Shown: in pieces, positions 49,044 through 59,095 of the stretch
Layout: each line of letters starts with the position of its first letter
Numbering within the stretch: the stretch's first letter is position 1
From: a virus
Taxonomy: Duplodnaviria > Caudoviricetes
Length of the DNA stretch: 64,000 nucleotides
IMG/VR virus record: IMGVR_UViG_3300033069_001378
Span: 160,001 to 224,000 of that record
Strand: one strand, 5' to 3'
Notes under the pieces: generated by a model
Databases searched by the model: none
Seen by the model: only the letters and a program-made list of their open reading frames with translations
What the model was told of the DNA's origin: nothing
Made by a program: the position numbers and the translations under genes

Positions 49044-51659
49044 TTAGTTTGATATTACACCCCAAGTTACGTTTGAAGCCGCTGTATCGAAACAGGTTAA
49101 GGTTACTCTTCCATAGCTTTGCGAAATGACATAGGTTGCAGCAGAGTCAATCTTTCCATAACTTGCAGACACGGTTATGTTGTTGGAAGCAGCCGAACCA
49201 CCCACGTCCTTGATTACAAAAGCCCTTCCAAGCCTCGCAGCAGCACTGTCTAGGATAACTGTCCTTGTGCCACCTGCGGAGTTTACAGGGATTATGTAAT
49301 CGCTTCCGCTAACTGTATACGTTGTCGTCTTGGCAACGGGAATATGGTTAAACACAGAACCAGATAAGTACAATCCGTTTGAAGCCGAAACCACAACGCT
49401 GAATCCTGTGGAACCACTTCCACGTCCACCAATCATGATTTGTTGAGGAAGACTTGCTGTCAATCCAGAACCAATCAAAATAGAACCAGACATTCCACTT
49501 GGAATGCTATTGAACTTTCCTCCAATGACAACAGACATTGGAGAACCTATGATTGAAGATGTTGCAGAGGTTAGGATTGATGAGTCCCAAGAGCCAGATA
49601 TTTGATTATATCCACCACCGACAACTACAGCGTTTCTCGTCATTCCATATATCTTGTTGGCAGTACCAACAATTATTGCGTTTTGACCATCGGCAGCGGG
49701 GTCTGAGCCAGACAATACGTTTACATTGCCACCAAGAATAACAGAGCTTCCATTAGAAATTAGACTGTTTGAAGAACCAGCAAACACGGCATTATAGTTT
49801 CCATCAGTAATACTGTTGCTTGTACCTCCACCAATTATGTTGTAGGCTGCGCCGTTTATTCCACCTGAAATAACTGGAAAGCTTGTGCCTATAACAGCAG
49901 ATTGCTGTGTTGTTCCAAAATAACGAGCAGTATCGGTTCCCAAACATACGTTTAAGAATCCATTGTTTAGTTGACAGTCATATGCCGCAATTGCAGCAGA
50001 ATGTGAAGAACCACTAAGAATGTTGTTTCTTCCGGCAACTACAGCCGAGTAGGTTGCCTGAAAAGCACCGACACCAGCTAATGTGTTTGAACTACCAGCA
50101 ACAACTGCCATGTATCCATAGCCGTTCGTATTGTCACTAAGATCGTTCAATTGTCCAGCGACAACAGCACTCTTCTTTGTTCTTGTAAATGTGTTTGAGT
50201 AGCCTGCGACAACCGCTGTTTCCGAACTGTCATTCACATTGTTTGACAAAGAAGCAACTGCCGCAGAGTCAGTGGATCCAGAAATAGAGTTATTTGATCC
50301 TCCAAGAATGCTGGAGTTGTACGAGATTGTAACTCTGTTGTTCTCGCCAGAAAGAACGGAAGACTTGTAAGAGTTAGAAACTACGTTTGCATTTCCACCA
50401 ATGACCACGTTTCCGTCTTGAGAACTTCCATTGTTTACTTCGTTGTTGGAGCCTCCAAGAATAGCGGCATTTGATTGCGAACCACTGATTCTGTTTCCAA
50501 TACCACCAGCAATAAGCGAAGTAGTTGTATAGCCAATTGCGCTTCCGCTTGTTGCAAGCATCATGCTTACATGAGCATCGTTCATGTGAACTTCTTTTGC
50601 AGAAACAATGGCATTTGAACCGTAGTTAAAATCTGATGAACTTACACTTGAATTAATTGCAGAAGCGACCAATGTTCTGTATGCTGGTCCAAGAATCTGT
50701 ACGTTATCTGAGTTTAGAAGACTTGAATATCTTGTTTCAAGAAGAGAACCATTAGTTGTGCTTGCAATGAAGCACTCCTCGGAAAAAAGAGATTCGTTGA
50801 AGCTACCACCAGCAATAACTGTAGAGTATCCGATTGTTGGAGCTGAATAGTCTAGTTTTATTGTGTTTGTGTAACCGCCTAGTATTGCAACTCCACCGTT
50901 GGCAGCAGCCAAATCCAAATCAGAACCAGTTATGACGCAGTTTACAGTTCCAAGTGCTAATCCGTTCAACATGTTTTTTACAGTTGTTGAATCGCAGCCC
51001 AAAATTGCGGAATAAACAGAGTCGTTTATTGTGTTGTTCGTTCCAGCAGCTAATAATGTAGAAAATGATCCGTAATTTGTAGAGTTAGTATTGTTTCCAC
51101 GTCCCGCAAGACTGACGTTGTTGTCAGAACCAGAGATTCCATTTGGTCCAGCGTCCTGAAGACTTTTCTGTATTATGTTTCCACCAAAAAATGCGTCGCC
51201 TTGGATTGTGACAAATTTTGAGTTGTCATATTTTGATCCAGAAACGTAGAAGTTTGTGCTTGGATCGATATTCTCAGCAAATACAGAGTCAGAGCCGATT
51301 GCAACAGAAGCCGTAGTTCTCAATCTAGGGGAAGTAGAACTTTCAACCCATTGCTGAGTTCCTCCCCCGTTTGAGGTTATGCTTCCTGAAACATGAACGT
51401 CTCCACCAAATACTGTGATAGAGCGGTTGTTCGTATTCTTTTCGCCAATGCCACCAGACACAAACAAGAAGATATCTTTGCCGTTTAAAGAGCCTGTATT
51501 GAAGGCATTTTGATTGATTACTCCTGTGTTGTTTGGAGTCCCCTGTGCTTCAATTGGGTAAATAACAAGCTTAGCACCTGTGCCATCTTTTCCAAGTGTT
51601 CCAGATGCTATTATCTGCTTTGTTTGAATTTGAGTTGCTCTATAATCATTTGTTGTCAT
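49044..51659 (-). CDS. Tail-fibre/adhesin-like protein with beta-helix repeats
   Basis: DYRATQIQT N-terminus, PRLRTTAS module, S-x-I/V-x-GG-x-x-N repeats, C-terminal GRAFVIKD...ID domain. Confidence 0.78.
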   Translation of the reverse strand: MTTNDYRATQIQTKQIIASGTLGKDGTGAKLVIYPIEAQGTPNNTGVINQNAFNTGSLNGKDIFLFVSGGIGEKNTNNRSITVFGGDVHVSGSITSNGGGTQQWVESSTSPRLRTTASVAIGSDSVFAENIDPSTNFYVSGSKYDNSKFVTIQGDAFFGGNIIQKSLQDAGPNGISGSDNNVSLAGRGNNTNSTNYGSFSTLLAAGTNNTINDSVYSAILGCDSTTVKNMLNGLALGTVNCVITGSDLDLAAANGGVAILGGYTNTIKLDYSAPTIGYSTVIAGGSFNESLFSEECFIASTTNGSLLETRYSSLLNSDNVQILGPAYRTLVASAINSSVSSSDFNYGSNAIVSAKEVHMNDAHVSMMLATSGSAIGYTTTSLIAGGIGNRISGSQSNAAILGGSNNEVNNGSSQDGNVVIGGNANVVSNSYKSSVLSGENNRVTISYNSSILGGSNNSISGSTDSAAVASLSNNVNDSSETAVVAGYSNTFTRTKKSAVVAGQLNDLSDNTNGYGYMAVVAGSSNTLAGVGAFQATYSAVVAGRNNILSGSSHSAAIAAYDCQLNNGFLNVCLGTDTARYFGTTQQSAVIGTSFPVISGGINGAAYNIIGGGTSNSITDGNYNAVFAGSSNSLISNGSSVILGGNVNVLSGSDPAADGQNAIIVGTANKIYGMTRNAVVVGGGYNQISGSWDSSILTSATSSIIGSPMSVVIGGKFNSIPSGMSGSILIGSGLTASLPQQIMIGGRGSGSTGFSVVVSASNGLYLSGSVFNHIPVAKTTTYTVSGSDYIIPVNSAGGTRTVILDSAAARLGRAFVIKDVGGSAASNNITVSASYGKIDSAATYVISQSYGRVTLTCFDTAASNVTWGVISN

Positions 51660-51685
51660 AATACCCGCTCACATAAGTCAGTAGG

Positions 51686-51691
51686 TAAATA
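51686..51691 (-). promoter_or_regulatory. TATTTA candidate late-promoter motif
   Basis: Exact motif 26 nt upstream of the 871-aa fibre gene. Confidence 0.45.
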
Positions 51692-51732
51692 TACCGAAAA
51701 CAAGAAACAACGAAATTATAGATATCTGAGAC

Positions 51733-52467
51733 TCAAACTATTTGAGCAATGAAGTGGAACCAGTTCACATATTGGGCAGAAATGCTTCCAGAAGCGTTTG
51801 TTGTAGAAGTTGTTGCCTGATAAAAAGATACGTTTGATAGTCCATTGTCAACAGTATCCCAAGGCGTGTCATAGAAGTAAGTTGGAACCGCAGGTAGAGT
51901 TGCATACGTCGTATTGAACGTCTCACCACTTGCATTTACCTTGCCTGCTGACGCAGTTATAGCAATTGAGGCTGAAGCTGGCTCTGAACTTGTGACAATT
52001 GTTGGATAAGAAGGAGCCCAAATTGCTCTGTATCTAATTGTTCCGCTAAACGGAGCACTTGTTCGAACTGTTAGCTCTGTTGGATCATAAACAACTCCGA
52101 AGATATTCACATTTCCAAGGTTGTCATAGGCATCTTCCATAGACAAAACAATGTATGGATCCCCTGAGAACGAGAAGTTGAATACAGCAGTTGATTCATC
52201 CGTCATGGAATCGAAGTAGATAAGTCCTTCATCATATTCGCCAAACGAGTATGAAATAGGGCTTGTTACAATCTCAACAACAAACCCAGGCTTTACCTCA
52301 AAGTAATCTCTATGCCTTATGGTTGACTGCAAGTCAATTGAATATGTGATATGTGTAGCTGGATCTGCGATTGTTGCTATTTGTGGTCTTGGAGGCACAC
52401 CATATCCAGCGACCTTTCTCCAAAGGTTTCTGTTGGTTCCATATTTCTTGTCGTTATTAGATGCCAT
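51733..52467 (-). CDS. Hypothetical structural protein, paralog of 56862..57656
   Basis: Shared WRKVxGYG, TIRHRDYFEVK, GEYDEG, IRYRAIW, TASAG. Confidence 0.75.
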   Translation of the reverse strand: MASNNDKKYGTNRNLWRKVAGYGVPPRPQIATIADPATHITYSIDLQSTIRHRDYFEVKPGFVVEIVTSPISYSFGEYDEGLIYFDSMTDESTAVFNFSFSGDPYIVLSMEDAYDNLGNVNIFGVVYDPTELTVRTSAPFSGTIRYRAIWAPSYPTIVTSSEPASASIAITASAGKVNASGETFNTTYATLPAVPTYFYDTPWDTVDNGLSNVSFYQATTSTTNASGSISAQYVNWFHFIAQIV

Positions 52468-52472
52468 ATTTT

Positions 52473-52778
52473 TTACACTTGTCCAACAATCACAATGTCT
52501 ACTGCTCCACCACCCGGAGGAGAACCTATTGAGTAAACATAAGTAGCCCCTATTCTTCCTCTATATACAAACTGAGTTGTCTGTACTGATCCACAAACTA
52601 CTGTCACTATGTTGTTTGTGGGAATAGAGCCAGCACCAAACAAAGGTCCACTTCCAAGGTTAGCGTTTTTGAAAGTTTCACCTGGCAACAAGTAAGTTGT
52701 AAAGTTACGTCCTTCAGCAGTCTCATATAAGAGCTGATTGACGTAATCGTTTGTAAATCCGAAAGAACTTGTTGCCAT
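52473..52778 (-). CDS. Hypothetical protein
   Basis: 101-aa ORF filling the gap in the operon. Confidence 0.65.
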   Translation of the reverse strand: MATSSFGFTNDYVNQLLYETAEGRNFTTYLLPGETFKNANLGSGPLFGAGSIPTNNIVTVVCGSVQTTQFVYRGRIGATYVYSIGSPPGGGAVDIVIVGQV

Positions 52779-52795
52779 CTTTTACTATATACCTA

Positions 52796-54115
52796 TCACA
52801 AGCTATAATCTGTGATTGTAAAGTTGATTCCATCGCGAGTAAGATTTGAACCTGGCGAGTTACTGCCGCTCCATGGTGTAGATGCCATCTGATTGGATGT
52901 AACTGCCGTACCACCAAAGACCGCTCTTAAACCATCTGCTCGAACATCGTGAGTCTGCAAACCTACAACGGATCTAAGTAATGGAGTATTTAGATATCCA
53001 GCCATTCCGTTGAAGTTAGGCTCGCCAGCGGAAATAACCATCAATGCCTTTTCGTCATAAACAGATCCAGAATTGATCAACTTGTTTGGACTATATGTTG
53101 TTGTATTGAAGTTGCTGTAGCTCAATTGAAGAACTCTTACTCCGTTGTTTGTTTGTGCAAACACTCCACCCTCTCTTGTAGCTGCCGTAGCCGTAGCTGT
53201 TCCAAGACCAACTTCGTGAGGTATTGTTGTGGTTGTTGAAAACACACTAGAATCAGAGCTTTCTGCCCTGGAGCCAAACGACAAGAAACCTTTTGAACCA
53301 CTTATTCCAAGAACTTTTCCTGGGTTTGATTGAGATATGGCGTCAATCATTGAGTATGGACCATAAAATGTGATATTATACGTTGTCAACAAAGCAGGAG
53401 TTGTACCGTTTGCAAAAGCCACGTCTTGTAGCATCAAAAAGCTATCTCCGTCTGAAAAGAAGTGTGCTCTCGCTTTCACTTGTGTCTTAGCCGCTCCTGT
53501 TGCTAATCTTGTTGACTGTTGCATACATTGCCTATTTGTAGCAAATGTGCCGCTTGTATTATTGATTCTTGGAAATACGTGAACAGAACTTCCGGGACTG
53601 GATCCTGATGCCCACACTATTGCTCCTTTTGCTCCGGTACCTGTAGTATTAACAGAACCGCTCCATGGCGTGATTGAATTGCCGCTCGCATCAAGAGCAA
53701 AAGCTCCTGCTGTTAGAAAGCAATATGCGTTTATTGCGCTTGCGTTATCTTCCGTTCTTACAGGCAATGATTGCGCAGCAGCAGAGTCAAGCGCGTTGGC
53801 ACCAGATGTGCATTGCAACATCAAATACCAATCCCAAGATCTTCCAGTTGCAGCATTTGGTTTAAATCTCCAAACCGAAAAAGGATAGTTTCCAAATCTA
53901 GAAGCTTGGTCCCAATAACCAACACCAAAAGTACCACCAGAGGTCATTGTACCAGAGTACATCGTGTAAAGTTCCGTGACTCCAGCAGTCTCAAGATATT
54001 GCATGAACTTATAGGCTTGAACGTAAGTTTCATTCACCAATCTTGCATCTGACGTACCAGCCGCACCAAGAATATCACTGTAGCAGTCTATTTTTCCATA
54101 TATTGTAGTTGTCAT
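52796..54115 (-). CDS. Hypothetical structural protein (fibre-associated)
   Basis: 439 aa, S/T/G/A-rich, SGS/SGT motifs; AGGTAGG Shine-Dalgarno-like sequence upstream. Confidence 0.7.
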   Translation of the reverse strand: MTTTIYGKIDCYSDILGAAGTSDARLVNETYVQAYKFMQYLETAGVTELYTMYSGTMTSGGTFGVGYWDQASRFGNYPFSVWRFKPNAATGRSWDWYLMLQCTSGANALDSAAAQSLPVRTEDNASAINAYCFLTAGAFALDASGNSITPWSGSVNTTGTGAKGAIVWASGSSPGSSVHVFPRINNTSGTFATNRQCMQQSTRLATGAAKTQVKARAHFFSDGDSFLMLQDVAFANGTTPALLTTYNITFYGPYSMIDAISQSNPGKVLGISGSKGFLSFGSRAESSDSSVFSTTTTIPHEVGLGTATATAATREGGVFAQTNNGVRVLQLSYSNFNTTTYSPNKLINSGSVYDEKALMVISAGEPNFNGMAGYLNTPLLRSVVGLQTHDVRADGLRAVFGGTAVTSNQMASTPWSGSNSPGSNLTRDGINFTITDYSL

Positions 54116-54138
54116 TTTATTCTTTGCCTACCTTTGTA

Positions 54139-56847
54139 TCACGTTCCTACAATTTCGGAACCATAATGAAATGTTAAATGTATGCTTCCACTTCCATAAT
54201 ACTGAAGTTCGTAGATTGAAGCAGAAGAAGAGTTGAAGTTTGTTGCACCATAGAGATTAACAGATTCTAGAAAGCTTGGAGTTGTATTGCTGGTTGTTAA
54301 CACAGTTACGCCAATTCCTCCAATATGGACATAAGTTCCTGATGTTACATTATACATTTGAACGAATGCTTTATCTGACCCAGTGCTTGTTGCGAGAATC
54401 GTTCTTAGCGCATAAGAAGATTTTGTTGATTCATTTGGAACGAAATATGTGCTTCCAACTGTCTTTGGATTGCTAGAAGTTACGGCTGAGCTATCATAGC
54501 TTCCTATGTATTGATGAGTTACAGGACTCGTTCCAGCACTTGATGAAATTGCGTAAGAGCCACTAACTTGGTTTATTGTTATGTTGTCTCCAGCAAGAAG
54601 GCTTGCACTTATTGCAATGCTATTTCCTGCTCCATAATCTACAACTGCTATGCCTGGTCCTGAACTAAGAACTCTGTCGTTTGAAAGCCCTGGATCTAAA
54701 GAGACAACAATGTATGAAGCACTTGTGGAAGCAAAAGAAGAAGGCAAGTTATCAAGCTTTAGCTTGTCTGCCGAACTCATGGCACCATCGGAACTTGTTG
54801 TCGCGTTGATAATGCTTATGTTTGGAGTAAGTCCATTGCTTGACGTAAGTGGAGCTGTTGCGGTTACAGATGAAACAAAGCTGCCAGAGACTCCTCCGCT
54901 CGAAGAGATGGCATAAGCATTTCCAACTTGATTGATTGTGATATTGTCGCCTGCCAATAGCTGTGCAGACAAAACAACATTTCCATTTGGTCCGCCATCG
55001 CTCATGGAAATACCAGTGCCAATGGTTAAAACTCTTTCGTTGGTTAAAGTGCCATCGGTTGACAATGTAACATAGGAGGCACTCGTGCTTGTGTAGTCAC
55101 TTGGAAGTCCATCAAGCTTGCTCTTGTCAGGAGCACTCATATAGCCACCAGCAGTCGTTGTAGCGGCAGGAAGAGTTATGTTTGGACTCTGACCCGCACT
55201 AGCTGTCAAAGGGCTTGTAGCGGTTACAGTAATCACTGACGCACTAACAGAAATGGAATCAAGTTTTTCCTTATCTGTTTTTGACATATAGCCACCAGCG
55301 GTGATTGATGCCACTGGAATGCTGATTAAAGGAAATTGACCTGCGGAGCTTGTGAGAGGTGCGCTAGCACTTACAGCTATTACAAATGTTCCCTGTGAAG
55401 CTGAGATTGCATAGGAATTGCCGACTTGATTTATGGTAACGTTGTCCCCTGCCAATAGAGAGGAAGATATAGCAACTGTTGAGCCCGCACCATAATCACT
55501 AATTGCAATTCCTGGTCCTGCTGCAAGAGCACGCTCATTTGGAAGCGATGAAGTTGTGCTGATAACAATGTATGAAGCACTTACGTCTGCTGCAACAACT
55601 GTTGCAGGAAAGCTTGCACTTATTGCCAGTTCATTTCCAACTTGGTTAATTGTAACGTTTGTACCTGCTAGCAAAGACGCGGAAATGGCAACATTTGAAT
55701 TGGCACCATAATCGTTTAATGACAACCCTGGTCCAACTACAAGAACTCTTTCACTTGTTAGAGTTGTATCTGTTGTCAAGGTGACATAGGAAGCACTTGT
55801 GCTTACGTATCCACTTGGAAGATTATCGATTTTGGTTTTGTCTGCTGCGCTAAGTGTTCCCGCACTTGCAGTTGTTGCTGGAGAGATAGAAATTACAGGT
55901 GTAGCTCCACCAGAACTTGTGATTGGCGAAGTAGCAGAAACGGAGCTAACAAAGCTACCCTGTGAAGCAGAAATTGCTAAAGAGTTTCCAACCTGATTTA
56001 TGGTGACATTATCACCAGCAAGAAGGCTTGCACTTACTCTGACGTTTGAGTTCGCTCCATAGTCTGTGATTGTAATTCCCGGACCTGAGCCCAATACTCT
56101 TTCATTCGAGAGAGTTGAATCCAGTGCAAGAGTTACGTATGAGCTACTTGTGCTGGAAAAGCTTGTTGGAAGGTTGTCAAGTTTTGACTTATCTGCTGCT
56201 GACATAACACCAGCAGCGGAAATCGAAGCTGTACTTATGGAAAGGGTTGGAGTCAATCCTCCGCTTGAGGTTATTGGAGCTACAACGGCAATTGAGCTAA
56301 CAAAGCTTCCTTGAGAAGAAGAAATCGCGTAGCTGTTTCCAACCTGATTGATTGTTACGTTTGTACCAGCAAGTATGGAAGAAGAGATTGTGAAAGAAGA
56401 ACCAGCACCACCGTCAACAAAGCCTATTCCAACTCCTGCCGTTATCACTCTTTCATTTGCAAGAGAAGAAGTGGCAGATAGAACAAGATAAGAAGCACTT
56501 GAATCAGCCCAAACAACAGAAGAAGTAGGAGAAGTGCTTGAAGATACGGTCGATGAAATGGTTAATGAACCGCCAGAATTGGAGAAGCTTATTCCTGTTC
56601 CTGCTCTTATGATTCTTTGATTTGGCAAGGCACTGTCAGAAACGACAAGAAAACTTGCCGACATAAGACTTCCAGAAGTGGTTCCATCTGCAAGTCCTTG
56701 CTGTTGAGCCATTTCATAGATGGCTTGCGCTCCAGTGTTCCATTCACCAGCGGGTAGAACACCCGTTGAGTACAAGATGACGTTTTGGTCTACCTTGTTG
56801 GCACCCAAACTTCCAGACGTTCTTGTTGGTAATGACGTTAATCCCAT
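54139..56847 (-). CDS. Repeat-rich tail-fibre shaft protein
   Basis: Six full copies of a ~62-aa unit (SASY..L...L.NERVL..GPGI...DYGA...ISASLLAG.N.TINQV) and five G.(M/L)S..DK.K(L/I)D units typical of phage fibre shafts. Confidence 0.8.
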   Translation of the reverse strand: MGLTSLPTRTSGSLGANKVDQNVILYSTGVLPAGEWNTGAQAIYEMAQQQGLADGTTSGSLMSASFLVVSDSALPNQRIIRAGTGISFSNSGGSLTISSTVSSSTSPTSSVVWADSSASYLVLSATSSLANERVITAGVGIGFVDGGAGSSFTISSSILAGTNVTINQVGNSYAISSSQGSFVSSIAVVAPITSSGGLTPTLSISTASISAAGVMSAADKSKLDNLPTSFSSTSSSYVTLALDSTLSNERVLGSGPGITITDYGANSNVRVSASLLAGDNVTINQVGNSLAISASQGSFVSSVSATSPITSSGGATPVISISPATTASAGTLSAADKTKIDNLPSGYVSTSASYVTLTTDTTLTSERVLVVGPGLSLNDYGANSNVAISASLLAGTNVTINQVGNELAISASFPATVVAADVSASYIVISTTSSLPNERALAAGPGIAISDYGAGSTVAISSSLLAGDNVTINQVGNSYAISASQGTFVIAVSASAPLTSSAGQFPLISIPVASITAGGYMSKTDKEKLDSISVSASVITVTATSPLTASAGQSPNITLPAATTTAGGYMSAPDKSKLDGLPSDYTSTSASYVTLSTDGTLTNERVLTIGTGISMSDGGPNGNVVLSAQLLAGDNITINQVGNAYAISSSGGVSGSFVSSVTATAPLTSSNGLTPNISIINATTSSDGAMSSADKLKLDNLPSSFASTSASYIVVSLDPGLSNDRVLSSGPGIAVVDYGAGNSIAISASLLAGDNITINQVSGSYAISSSAGTSPVTHQYIGSYDSSAVTSSNPKTVGSTYFVPNESTKSSYALRTILATSTGSDKAFVQMYNVTSGTYVHIGGIGVTVLTTSNTTPSFLESVNLYGATNFNSSSASIYELQYYGSGSIHLTFHYGSEIVGT

Positions 56848-56861
56848 GTGATCTTACCTAA

Positions 56862-57656
56862 TTAGGTTCCAAAACTAAATCCGAAGGTATAAGTAAATCC
56901 GCTTCCAGAGCTTGTGATTGGAGCAGAGACTCCATCATAGACAATGAAATGAATGTCATGATTCTTTGGAGCAGAAACATCGGCAATAAAATAGCTGTTT
57001 GTTAGGAATACGTCCTCGACAAAAACATCTGAATACAGATTTGCTGAATCCCACGCACTCTCAAGAGCAAAGTCTGGCTGAGATAGCATCGTTCCAAAGG
57101 TTTGATAATAATACGTAACGTTTGAAGGGTTTGAGGTACCTGCTGAAGCTGTGAAGTACGATGTTGTAAACGTACTGGACACAATGGCTGGATAAGATGA
57201 TGCCCAAATTGCTCTATACCTTATGTTGCCACTGTACGGAGCAGATACACCAATATACGCACCCGTTGATGCATATGTGATACCGTATGTGTTTATGTTT
57301 GACATATCGTCATTGCTATCAACAGTCAAAACAACATAAGGGTTTCCTGAAAACGTAAAGTTGAAGTTGAAATACTTCGCGTCACCATCTGAATAATCAA
57401 ACGTGATCACTCCTTCGTCATACTCTCCAACAGGAAAGGGAACAGGAGTAGGGTTTGGAGGAATTACACCCGAGACAACAAACTGCTTCTTGACTTCAAA
57501 GTAGTCTCTGTGTCTTATCGTCTCTTGTTCGTTGTAAGTGAACGATTGGCTGTTGGCAAGATCAACATACGTGTCATAAACAGGTTTAGGTTGCGGACCA
57601 TAGCCCACAACCTTTCTCCATACGTGCTTATTGCGTTTGTTTTCAGAATCAGCCAT
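56862..57656 (-). CDS. Hypothetical structural protein, paralog of 51733..52467
   Basis: Same shared blocks as its paralog; first gene of the fibre cluster. Confidence 0.75.
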   Translation of the reverse strand: MADSENKRNKHVWRKVVGYGPQPKPVYDTYVDLANSQSFTYNEQETIRHRDYFEVKKQFVVSGVIPPNPTPVPFPVGEYDEGVITFDYSDGDAKYFNFNFTFSGNPYVVLTVDSNDDMSNINTYGITYASTGAYIGVSAPYSGNIRYRAIWASSYPAIVSSTFTTSYFTASAGTSNPSNVTYYYQTFGTMLSQPDFALESAWDSANLYSDVFVEDVFLTNSYFIADVSAPKNHDIHFIVYDGVSAPITSSGSGFTYTFGFSFGT

Positions 57657-57665
57657 TACATCTAG

Positions 57666-57671
57666 TAAATA
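57666..57671 (-). promoter_or_regulatory. TATTTA candidate late-promoter motif
   Basis: Exact motif in the 22-bp gap between PhoH and the fibre cluster. Confidence 0.45.
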
Positions 57672-57678
57672 GCTTTAC

Positions 57679-59094
57679 TCACAACAAGTTAGCTGCCTCT
57701 GTAGCTAGCGCACTTCTTTCTCCCTTTCGAAGAGAAACGTGCGACGCTAGGTTGCTATCTTTGAACTTTTCAATTGCAGTTGTAAGACCGTTTGTTACCG
57801 AGTCAACATGAAGGTTATCGATTTGCTCAATGTCGCCGATGAGAACAATCTTTGTGTTCTCGCCAACTCTTGTAACAATCGTCTTTAGTTCATGGTGGTT
57901 CAAGTTCTGAACTTCGTCGATAATCATGAATGTGTTTGCAACGGAACGACCTCTCATGTATGTGATAGCTTCCATCTCAATGACGCCAGATTCAAAGTAA
58001 TCGTGAAGAATCTTCTCGGTTTCAATGTTTCTCTTGCCTTTACCGATCAAGTATCTAAGGTTGTCCTTGATTGGAGCAAGCCATGGTTCAAGCTTTTCAG
58101 CCTTGTCACCAGGCAAGAAACCAATGTCCTTACCTACAGCGTGAACAGGTTTTGTAACCATCAACGAATCATAACGCTTGCCGTTCTTCTTACCTTTGTT
58201 GAACTCTGTGTTGACCTGTTCAAGTCCCGCAGCAATTGACAAAATGGTTTTTCCTGTGCCGGAAAAGCCTGTCATTGTGCAAAGCTTAACGTCGTCGTTC
58301 ATAAGCATATCAAATGCCATTCTTTGCTCAAGATTTCTTAGCTTCAAGGTATTTCCCTTGTAGTCAAGAAGCTTCATTCCCAAGCCTGTTGAAGCATCAT
58401 AGCGCAATGTTTCTAGGGTTATGTTTGCTTCATCGCATCTAAGGGTTATGTATTGGTTTGGATATAGCTTATCATTGCAGTCCACAAGGAAAGGAGCTAC
58501 CAATTCTGCAAGATAAAACTTACCTTGATGGTCTGGTCTGTTGAAGCATTCGTAATACGTTTGCATTACCTTGGAGTCAACTACAATTCTTCTGTGCCCT
58601 GTGTAAAGCTTGCTGACGTTTGAAATGACAGCATCTTTTCTTCTATTCTCGCATGGAATCTTGAGAGCGTCACACTTGACTCTAAGAAGAACATCTCTGG
58701 TAACAAGAATTGGAGCTTCCAATCCATTTGCCTTGTGGTGTCCGATAAGCTTTAGAGCGAAGTCGATGATTCTATTGTCACCTGTACGATAATCTCCAAG
58801 TTCCAAATGTCTTGGAACAGGAATGTTGTCGTAATCAGACAAGGAAGCAACCTTTAGGGTGCCACCAGATTCAAGAGGAACGCCTTCACGAAGATGACCA
58901 TGTTCACGAATATAGCCGTCAAGCTTTCTGGATACTTCTCTTGCGTTGGTTCCAGCAGCGTCAGTTCTATCTTTGTGTCTATCGAGTTCTTCAATAACAA
59001 CAAGAGGAAGCACAATATCGTTATCATCAAATGATGTTAGTGATAGAGGATCGTCGAGAAGAATGTTTGTATCGAGGATATATGTCTTTTTCAT
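57679..59094 (-). CDS. phoH: PIN domain plus PhoH-like ATPase (PhoH2/YlaK type)
   Basis: YILDTNILL, VIEELD, DNRII, LVTRD (PIN); GFSGTGKT, IGFLPGDKAEK, YMRGRS, IIDEVQNL, TRVGENTKIVLIGDIEQID. Confidence 0.93.
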   Translation of the reverse strand: MKKTYILDTNILLDDPLSLTSFDDNDIVLPLVVIEELDRHKDRTDAAGTNAREVSRKLDGYIREHGHLREGVPLESGGTLKVASLSDYDNIPVPRHLELGDYRTGDNRIIDFALKLIGHHKANGLEAPILVTRDVLLRVKCDALKIPCENRRKDAVISNVSKLYTGHRRIVVDSKVMQTYYECFNRPDHQGKFYLAELVAPFLVDCNDKLYPNQYITLRCDEANITLETLRYDASTGLGMKLLDYKGNTLKLRNLEQRMAFDMLMNDDVKLCTMTGFSGTGKTILSIAAGLEQVNTEFNKGKKNGKRYDSLMVTKPVHAVGKDIGFLPGDKAEKLEPWLAPIKDNLRYLIGKGKRNIETEKILHDYFESGVIEMEAITYMRGRSVANTFMIIDEVQNLNHHELKTIVTRVGENTKIVLIGDIEQIDNLHVDSVTNGLTTAIEKFKDSNLASHVSLRKGERSALATEAANLL

Positions 59095-59095
59095 T

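Noticed and set aside
40337-56847. Diversity-generating retroelement or invertible fibre cassette
   Set aside because: No reverse transcriptase or recombinase in the window. The repeat copies I compared differ at synonymous positions of all bases, not only adenines, and all are co-oriented and coding.
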